Shown here piece after piece: positions 26,074 through 32,000 of a stretch of DNA of 32,000 nucleotides. The DNA lies in contig NZ_SNUY01000007.1 of NCBI RefSeq assembly GCF_004376175.1, forward strand, positions 67,663 through 99,662. The letters run 5' to 3'. The notes beneath the pieces are model-generated. The model did no database searches. It was not told where the DNA came from and was given only the letters and a program-made list of their open reading frames with translations. The position numbers and the translations under genes were made by a program. This stretch comes from Halalkalibacterium halodurans (GTDB taxonomy: Bacteria > Bacillota > Bacilli > Bacillales > Bacillaceae_D). Numbering within the stretch: the first letter of the stretch is position 1; every line of letters begins with the position of its first letter.

Positions 26074-27195
26074 TTAAGTTGAAGCTGTGTCCTCTTTCCA
26101 CGCTTTGATTTGATCTTTTGCCACTAAGCCTTCGTCAAAATATTTGGCTGCTAACGAATAATCTTCTTTTTCTTGAAAATGGCGGGCTGCGTTAATCGCT
26201 AGCTCAAAAACATCGGACCACAATTTGCCTTCCTTCAACACGCGCAACCCATCATCGATTTCTACCTCATCTCGCTCCTTGTAAATCGAATGAATGGTCG
26301 AGAGCTTTGCTTGATAAGACGCATCTTTCATTTCATCTGCTAGAGCTTTCGCCTCCTCAAACCAGTGCATCCCTTCTTCCAGAATCCCTTGTTTGAACAA
26401 GACTCGTGCCAGCATGTATTTCGTTCCGACCATCACGCCTTGATACTGACTTTTCGGGAGATCCACGTAGAGAGCCGATTCAAAGCACTCCCGGGCCAAA
26501 TCAAGCTTATCTTGTCGATCATAACAAACACCTAAATTATAGTAGCCCATCCCTTTTACGAAAAAGTCCTGCACGTCAGAAGCTAGCTCGATTGCGTTTT
26601 TGTATAACGCTTCAGCCGATGCAAATTGATAGAGATCTAATTGATTGGCAGCGACAATCATTTGTGTGGTGGCAACTCTGTTCTTGTATTGGTCGTTTTG
26701 CAAATAAAGCTCTAACGCTTTTTCCGCATGGTCCATCGATACAAAGTGTTGATCGATCTCATAATAAGCGACAGCTAGCTGATAGTTAAACTCGGCTTGC
26801 TCAATGTCATCAGGAATATCCTTCAGCAAACTTTCCGCCAACCGATAAAAATGGATTGCTTCTATGTACTGCTTTGTATGGAATTCATAAAGACCACTAA
26901 AAAAATAATAATAATACCGAAGGAGCTTGTCCGTCTCTTTCAATTCGACTTGAGCTTTAAGGCCTTTTAAGATTGCACCTGCATAGTCCCATTGATTAAT
27001 TAATAGATGGTATCTTGAATCAATTAAATGGTAATACAGAAACACCTTTCGATCTTGATCCATCCCATCGATGGCTTGCATTACTTCGTGCTTTATTGTT
27101 GTCGCTTCTGCAAGCTGGAGACGTTTTATCGCCTGATACCAAGCTTCGAGCTGATTGATCACTTCGCTGCTCGCAACATTTCCCACCACCGACAC
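26074..27195 (-). CDS. Rap-family tetratricopeptide-repeat protein (response-regulator aspartate phosphatase / quorum-sensing receptor)
   Basis: 373 aa with no HTH. The N-terminus is ASSEVINQLEAWYQAIKRLQLAEA...FLYYHLIDSRYHLL. TPR-like repeats follow (YYYYFFSGLYEFHTKQYIEAIHFYRLAE, AVAYYEIDQHF, GYYNLGVCYDRQDKLDLA). Confidence 0.85.
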   Translation of the reverse strand: MSVVGNVASSEVINQLEAWYQAIKRLQLAEATTIKHEVMQAIDGMDQDRKVFLYYHLIDSRYHLLINQWDYAGAILKGLKAQVELKETDKLLRYYYYFFSGLYEFHTKQYIEAIHFYRLAESLLKDIPDDIEQAEFNYQLAVAYYEIDQHFVSMDHAEKALELYLQNDQYKNRVATTQMIVAANQLDLYQFASAEALYKNAIELASDVQDFFVKGMGYYNLGVCYDRQDKLDLARECFESALYVDLPKSQYQGVMVGTKYMLARVLFKQGILEEGMHWFEEAKALADEMKDASYQAKLSTIHSIYKERDEVEIDDGLRVLKEGKLWSDVFELAINAARHFQEKEDYSLAAKYFDEGLVAKDQIKAWKEDTAST

Positions 27196-27686
27196 ACCAA
27201 CCTTTCTTGATCGTTAGAAAAGCGCTGGCTAGAAAACGAACGACTGGACCGAAGCAACGGAGATAAAGGAATCACGGTGAGCTTGCGAACCGGTGATGAC
27301 TTATTGTAGAGCGCCCCCTATAAGCCGCCGCGTTTTTAGCGCTTTTGTGCTAGACATCTCTAGTTATACTTTCTTTACTTATTATAAAAATTTAGCTTCT
27401 CACCAAATGGCGGAAGCGATCGTTTTTCTTGTACACTTTCGTTCTTATACAAAGGTCACTTTCTTAAAGTGGAACAAAAAGATAGAGTATCCTATTTTTA
27501 TTTTAATGGTAAGAATCTTTGTCATCAATCTTCAAAATTAGCTCAAATTGTAAGAATCGATCGGTTTGCTAGAGAAATCGCCCTTTTGCCGTGCTCATTC
27601 GCAATCATCGATTAAAATAGTTATAAACCCTATTATCGAAAAAGAGGGCAAAAATACCTATAACCGTCATGACAAATGACATTTGA

Positions 27687-27716
27687 TTGACGAAAGAATT
27701 GCATTTACAATAAAAT
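27687..27716 (+). promoter_or_regulatory. Sigma-A-type promoter for the pullulanase gene
   Basis: -35 TTGACG (27687-27692), an 18-nt spacer, then -10 TAAAAT (27711-27716). Confidence 0.5.
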
Positions 27717-27718
27717 AA

Positions 27719-27732
27719 AGAAAGCGCTTCCA
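27719..27732. promoter_or_regulatory. cre-like box at the predicted transcription start
   Basis: AGAAAGCGCTTCCA matches the optimal cre TGAAAGCGCTTTCA at 12/14. Confidence 0.4.
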
Positions 27733-27773
27733 TATCAGAAGCCCCTCACGTCTATGCTCTTTTTTATTTTTGT

Positions 27774-27793
27774 TTGTGCAAACGATTGCACAA
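27774..27793. promoter_or_regulatory. 20-bp palindromic LacI/MalR-type operator in the pullulanase leader
   Basis: TTGTGCAAAC|GATTGCACAA, with half-sites matching 9/10. It lies 15 nt upstream of the RBS AGGAGG. Confidence 0.55.
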
Positions 27794-27821
27794 AAAATGA
27801 TTGAAAAAAGGAGGAAGATGA

Positions 27822-30800
27822 ATGCGAAAAAACAAAGCAAGCAAAGTGTCAGTTCTATTTATGATCGTCCTATTGGTCCTTAGTCTGTTTACACCGATCA
27901 TGCCAATGCATGAGGCGAATGCAGATACCGAAGCGGACACCTTACGCATCCACTACCAGCGCAGCGATCAACAGTTTGAAAACTTAGGCCTATGGCTGTG
28001 GGGGGATGTCCGTTATCCGTCGGAAAATTGGCCATCTGGAGGGACCCCTTTCGAGCCAGAGAAGATGACCGATTACGGCGCTTATGTTGACATTGAACTA
28101 AAAGAAAACGCAGAAAACATCGGATTTCTTGTCTTAAATAACGCAACAGGGGATAAAGACGGGAACGACAAACACGTCCAGCTCCTCTCGCCCGAAATGA
28201 AGGAAATCTGGATAAAAGAAGGCTCCGATGACGTGTTTCTCTATGAGCCAGTCGATCTTCCTGACCATACCGTAAGAATTCATTATGAGCGCTCAGACCA
28301 GAGCTATCATCATTGGGGCTTATGGACATGGAAGGACGTAGCATCCCCCTCTGAACATTGGCCGTCTGGGGCAAACCCTTTTTCAGATGAGCAAACGAGT
28401 CGGTACGGTGCTTATCTCGATGTCGAATTGGCTGACGATGCGAACGAGATCGGATTTCTCGTGGTCAATCGAGAAAACGGGGATAAAGACGGAGATGATA
28501 AAACATTCGCTGATTTAGCCAACCATCCACAATTATTTATTCGCCAAGGGGACGATACAGTGTATACGAACCCTTATTATCAAACCATTGAAGGTCTCGT
28601 GTCAGGAGAACTGATCTCCCTTACAGAAATGGAATTGCGCTTTACGTCTACCATCTGGCTTTCAGAGGACGATTTAGCCGAGCAGATTCACCTAACGGAT
28701 ACAAACGGGGCCTCTGTCGCTTTTGATCACGTGACGATTCACGACGAAAAAACGGTGATTCTTCATGGATCGTTCGACGCTGAGCTTGCTCCATACCATG
28801 TAACGTTTGCTGACAAAACCATCGCTGCCCGTGCTGGCTGGAGGCTAATCGATTCGTTGTACGGGTATGACGGGGAGTTAGGAGCCGTTCTCCACGAAGA
28901 CGGTTCGAGCACGTTGACATTTTGGTCGCCCCTTGCAGACCATGTATCCGTCGTTTTATACGATAAGGACGATCAGTATCGCATAATCAAGGACGACATT
29001 GACATGACGAAGGGCGATCAAGGGGTCTGGCAAGTCACCCTTCATTCAGAAAATACGGGGTTGGACAACCTGGCAGGCTACTATTATCACTATAAGATTG
29101 AAAGGGATGGAGACACGAAGCTCGGCCTCGATCCGTATGCGAAATCCATGGCCGCATGGAACAATGAAGGCAGTTACTCAATTGGGAAAGCAGCCATTGT
29201 TGACCCTTCTTCCATTGGCCCAGAACTAGATTTTGCAGAGATTGAAGGCTTTGAAAAACGAGAAGACGCGATTATTTACGAAGTACATGTGCGCGACTTT
29301 ACGTCCGATCCGGGAATTGAAGAGGAATTAACCGCCCAGTTCGGGACCTTTGCTTCGTTCGTCGACAAATTGGATTATATTGAAGACCTAGGCGTGACCC
29401 ACATTCAGCTCCTTCCGGTCATGAGCTACTATTGGGGCGATGAGCTCGCTAACCATGAGAGAGAGCTAGCGTATTCCTCGTCGGGAAACAACTACAACTG
29501 GGGGTATGATCCGCATAGTTACTTTTCGCTTTCCGGCATGTACTCTGAGAATCCGGAAGATCCGGAATTAAGGATTAAAGAATTTAAGCACCTCATTGAT
29601 GAAATTCATCGCCGGGGCATGGGCGTGATTCTAGATGTCGTCTATAACCATACAGCAGCTGTTGAAATTTTTGAGGATCTCATGCCAAACTACTATCACT
29701 TCATGGATGCAGATGGCACACCGAGAACAAGCTTTGGTGGCGGAAGACTCGGTACAACCCATAAGATGTCACGGCGAATTCTCGTCGATTCGATCACCTA
29801 CTGGGTGGAAGAATATAAGGTGGATGGCTTCCGGTTTGACATGATGGGAGATCACGATGCCGAAACGATCCAGATCGCTTACGACCGGGCAAAGGAACTA
29901 AATCCGAATATTGTCATGATCGGGGAAGGCTGGCGAACCTACGTCGGGGATGAGCACGGTGGTGACATCATGCCAGCCGACCAAGATTGGATGCAGCATA
30001 CGGAAAGTGTCGGGGTGTTCTCTGACGAATTTCGCAATGAGTTAAAGTCTGGCTTCGGTAGCGAAGGACAGCCGAGATTCATCACAGGTGGAGCGCGAAA
30101 TATCGAGCAAATTTTCGATAATCTAACGGCTCAGCCGCATAACTTCACAGCCACGAACCCAGGAGATGTGGTGCCTTATATCGAAGCCCACGACAATCTG
30201 ACGCTCCATGATGTGATCGCCCAGTCTATCAGAAAAGATCCGGAGTACCATCAAGAAGAAATCCATAAGCGGATCCGGCTTGGAAATACAATGGTGTTAA
30301 CCGCCCAAGGCACGGCCTTCCTCCATGCAGGCCAAGAGTTTGGTCGGACCAAACAATTTCGAGCCGACACCGGGGGGCAAGCTCCTTACAAGTCAACGTA
30401 TATGACGGATGAAAACGGGAAGCCATTTGTTTACCCTTATTTTATCCATGATTCCTATGACTCCTCAGATGCGATCAATAAATTCGATTGGGAAAAAGCG
30501 ACAAACAAGGAGAAATACCCGATTCACCATTTAACAAGGACGTACACCGCCGGCTTAATTGAGCTTCGCCGTTCGACAAATGCCTTCACCCATGGAACAT
30601 TAGCGGATGTGCAGGCAAATGTCCGCTTGCTCGACATTCCTGAAATCAGTGAAACAGATTTAGTGATTGGCTATCGAGCCACATCCACTGACAGCACGGG
30701 TACCTACTATGTATTTGTGAACGCAGATACGAAGGAACGCACGCTTTCGTTAACGGATGATCTGACGGACGGAGTCGTGATTGTGGATAGCGATGAAGCT

Positions 30801-31043
30801 GGGATTGTAGCAGTATCAGATCCAAGCGGGTTTGATCTGACACCGAACGAGATCACGATCGACCCTTTAACCGCCGTCATCATCCGAGTAGGAGGAGATT
30901 TTCAAGAAAACCCTCATGATGGACACCCTGGGAAAGGTGGCGGAAAGGCAAAAGGGCGCCCTGACCACGCAGGACAACCGGGGCCACCGCCACATGCAGG
31001 CGAAAAAGGCAAACCTGATCATGCTAGTAAAAAAAATAAATAG
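27822..31043 (+). CDS. Secreted type I pullulanase (GH13; 2x CBM41-like + CBM48-like + catalytic domain + basic Pro/Gly/Lys tail)
   Basis: Signal peptide is MRKNKASKVSVLFMIVLLVLSLFTPIMPMHEANA/D. YNWGYDP is the type I pullulanase signature. The GH13 conserved regions are ILDVVYNHT, GFRFDMMG, GEGW and YIEAHDN. RBS AGGAGG lies 7 nt upstream. Confidence 0.95.
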   Translation: MRKNKASKVSVLFMIVLLVLSLFTPIMPMHEANADTEADTLRIHYQRSDQQFENLGLWLWGDVRYPSENWPSGGTPFEPEKMTDYGAYVDIELKENAENIGFLVLNNATGDKDGNDKHVQLLSPEMKEIWIKEGSDDVFLYEPVDLPDHTVRIHYERSDQSYHHWGLWTWKDVASPSEHWPSGANPFSDEQTSRYGAYLDVELADDANEIGFLVVNRENGDKDGDDKTFADLANHPQLFIRQGDDTVYTNPYYQTIEGLVSGELISLTEMELRFTSTIWLSEDDLAEQIHLTDTNGASVAFDHVTIHDEKTVILHGSFDAELAPYHVTFADKTIAARAGWRLIDSLYGYDGELGAVLHEDGSSTLTFWSPLADHVSVVLYDKDDQYRIIKDDIDMTKGDQGVWQVTLHSENTGLDNLAGYYYHYKIERDGDTKLGLDPYAKSMAAWNNEGSYSIGKAAIVDPSSIGPELDFAEIEGFEKREDAIIYEVHVRDFTSDPGIEEELTAQFGTFASFVDKLDYIEDLGVTHIQLLPVMSYYWGDELANHERELAYSSSGNNYNWGYDPHSYFSLSGMYSENPEDPELRIKEFKHLIDEIHRRGMGVILDVVYNHTAAVEIFEDLMPNYYHFMDADGTPRTSFGGGRLGTTHKMSRRILVDSITYWVEEYKVDGFRFDMMGDHDAETIQIAYDRAKELNPNIVMIGEGWRTYVGDEHGGDIMPADQDWMQHTESVGVFSDEFRNELKSGFGSEGQPRFITGGARNIEQIFDNLTAQPHNFTATNPGDVVPYIEAHDNLTLHDVIAQSIRKDPEYHQEEIHKRIRLGNTMVLTAQGTAFLHAGQEFGRTKQFRADTGGQAPYKSTYMTDENGKPFVYPYFIHDSYDSSDAINKFDWEKATNKEKYPIHHLTRTYTAGLIELRRSTNAFTHGTLADVQANVRLLDIPEISETDLVIGYRATSTDSTGTYYVFVNADTKERTLSLTDDLTDGVVIVDSDEAGIVAVSDPSGFDLTPNEITIDPLTAVIIRVGGDFQENPHDGHPGKGGGKAKGRPDHAGQPGPPPHAGEKGKPDHASKKNK
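27939..28574 (+). repeat. Tandem duplication of a 110-aa CBM41-like (pullulanase-associated) module inside the pullulanase gene
   Basis: TLRIHYQRSDQQFENLGLWLWGDVRYPSENWPSGGTPF...IGFLVLNNATGDKDGNDK aligns with TVRIHYERSDQSYHHWGLWTWKDVASPSEHWPSGANPF...IGFLVVNRENGDKDGDDK. The period is 330 nt. Confidence 0.8.
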
Positions 31044-31052
31044 GAGTAGCTG

Positions 31053-31081
31053 ACCGCTGGAGGTTCCGGCGGTTTTTTTTG
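31053..31081 (+). terminator. Rho-independent terminator of the pullulanase gene
   Basis: ACCGCTGG (31053-31060) pairs with CCGGCGGT (31066-31073), followed by a T8 run. Confidence 0.85.
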
Positions 31082-31161
31082 TTTAGTCTAAAATGACGAA
31101 TCTACCGCCATCCCATAGGATCGTGCAGTCAGTTTGAAACGCGAAATCCTAACTTGCCCCA

Positions 31162-31377
31162 TTAGTTAAAGAAAAAGGAAGCGATGATAACACCGATTAC
31201 GATCACAAAAATAAGAATCCCTGTTCCTTTCCATCCTAAACTCCCTACTAAATCCGTAAGACCCCCACTGCTGGCTCGATTAAAAGCATCATTCATACCT
31301 CCAGTTGGATTTCTTCTTATTTCCTCTTGTTTTAATCTTTCTCTTCGTCGCTCTGTAGTTTCTTTTTCTTCCCTCAC
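31162..31377 (-). CDS. Small tail-anchored membrane protein, function unknown (71 aa)
   Basis: GTG start lies 5 nt after GAAGGTG. The N-terminus is highly charged (EEKETTERRRERLKQEEIRR). There is a single C-terminal TM segment (GILIFVIVIGVIIASFFF). Confidence 0.5.
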   Translation of the reverse strand: MREEKETTERRRERLKQEEIRRNPTGGMNDAFNRASSGGLTDLVGSLGWKGTGILIFVIVIGVIIASFFFN

Positions 31378-31413
31378 TTGAACACCTTCTCTTCTCTTCT
31401 ACTCTTCTGCTTG

Positions 31414-31851
31414 CTATTTCTTTTCATTCGTTAGTTCAAATGACTCCTCAAAATCGTCCCATGTTACAACGACTTGTATGATCTCGTCTTCTTTTACTTT
31501 TGCACCTGTGCTACCACCACTCAGCGTAAATGTAAGATCATTCGGCGGGGCATCGAATTCCCTAACACCACCACCGCTTCCAACACTAGTAACGTACGAA
31601 AATTCAAGCTTTTTTATTGACTCAATCTCGTCCAAGGACCCTTTGTACGTTAGTCTCATTTCATCGCTGTCTTCATTCGAATAAGTAGTCTGTCCGTCTT
31701 CTTTCTCCCTTGTTTCAGTCCCCTCATAGACATATTCAGCCTGCCAATACGTCCCTTCTCCTGTAAACGTGTATTCATAGTTGGTCACTTCTTCGTTAGA
31801 ACACCCAATCAGGAGCACCATAACTACCATTAACACCACTATTTTTTTCAT
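31414..31851 (-). CDS. Small lipoprotein, function unknown
   Basis: MKKIVVLMVVMVLLIGCSNEE carries a lipobox (LIGC). The mature part is acidic. The track ORF begins six codons upstream of the MKK start. Confidence 0.7.
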   Translation of the reverse strand: MKKIVVLMVVMVLLIGCSNEEVTNYEYTFTGEGTYWQAEYVYEGTETREKEDGQTTYSNEDSDEMRLTYKGSLDEIESIKKLEFSYVTSVGSGGGVREFDAPPNDLTFTLSGGSTGAKVKEDEIIQVVVTWDDFEESFELTNEKK

Positions 31852-32000
31852 GTTATCCCCCCTGGCCATTGAATCGTATTGTCAAAACTTTATATAAAAA
31901 TAGGTTATTAAATCCTATGTTAGAGGGCTTTATAAGCAAAAAAATTGCCACCCCCTGATTTCTGTAGATAATTGAGGTTACCATACACCCAATTCCAGAA

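Noticed and set aside
27196-27350. GC-richer patch upstream of rap with short inverted repeats (AGCGC...GCGCT, CGGT...ACCG), considered as a small RNA or riboswitch
   Set aside because: The stems are only 4-6 bp with long loops. I recognised no conserved riboswitch core, and it lies in the 5' region of a gene class not known to use riboswitches. There is not enough evidence to call a feature.
27293-27541. 82-aa plus-strand ORF in the rap-pullulanase intergenic region
   Set aside because: It has no RBS and an AT-rich, low-complexity translation rich in F/Y/I/K. It contains no recognisable motif. It is most likely a chance open frame in promoter DNA.
1-32000. Search for CRISPR arrays, tRNA/rRNA genes, prophage or integrase genes, toxin-antitoxin pairs, restriction-modification or other known defence cassettes, and biosynthetic clusters
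   Set aside because: I saw no regularly spaced direct repeats, no cloverleaf-like or rRNA-like segments, and no integrase, recombinase, methyltransferase or nuclease-type ORFs. The only mobile DNA is the IS630 element and the IS4 remnant. This was a visual scan only, so short or degenerate elements could have been missed.

Overview
This looks like a Bacillus-type Firmicute chromosome. From memory (unverified), the GH43 enzyme reads like the beta-xylosidase of alkaliphilic Bacillus/Halalkalibacterium halodurans. The window is a carbohydrate-utilisation neighbourhood with insertion-sequence damage. Contents, left to right: (1) A very large secreted surface-adhesin gene on the minus strand. It is inactivated by an intact 1145-bp IS630-family element (TA duplication, two-ORF transposase joined at an A8 run) and by a second 1-nt frameshift. 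(2) A solitary CzcO-like flavoprotein gene. (3) A xylo-oligosaccharide locus: YesM/YesN-type two-component system, ABC importer, GH43 beta-xylosidase and a YesL-like membrane protein. (4) A compact three-gene operon of unknown function (DinB family, P-loop kinase-like, helical protein). It abuts a truncated EamA transporter gene and an IS4-family transposase remnant. (5) A minus-strand locus with a LacI regulator, a GDE-like (amylo-alpha-1,6-glucosidase fold) hydrolase and an ABC importer, carrying three copies of one 18-bp operator. (6) Gene debris, a DUF418 membrane protein, two small membrane-peptide ORFs below the ORF-track cutoff, and a Rap-family protein with no Phr gene. (7) A secreted type I pullulanase with tandem CBM41-like modules, a cre-like box and a 20-bp palindromic operator. 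(8) Two small envelope proteins. I saw no rRNA, tRNA, CRISPR array, prophage, recognisable defence cassette or biosynthetic cluster. The best candidates for undescribed biology are modest: the DinB/kinase/helical operon, the GDE-like hydrolase locus with its operator triplet, the mosaic adhesin, the orphan Rap, and a toxin-like 32-aa peptide ORF. All functional calls come from motif recognition by eye. No database search was run.
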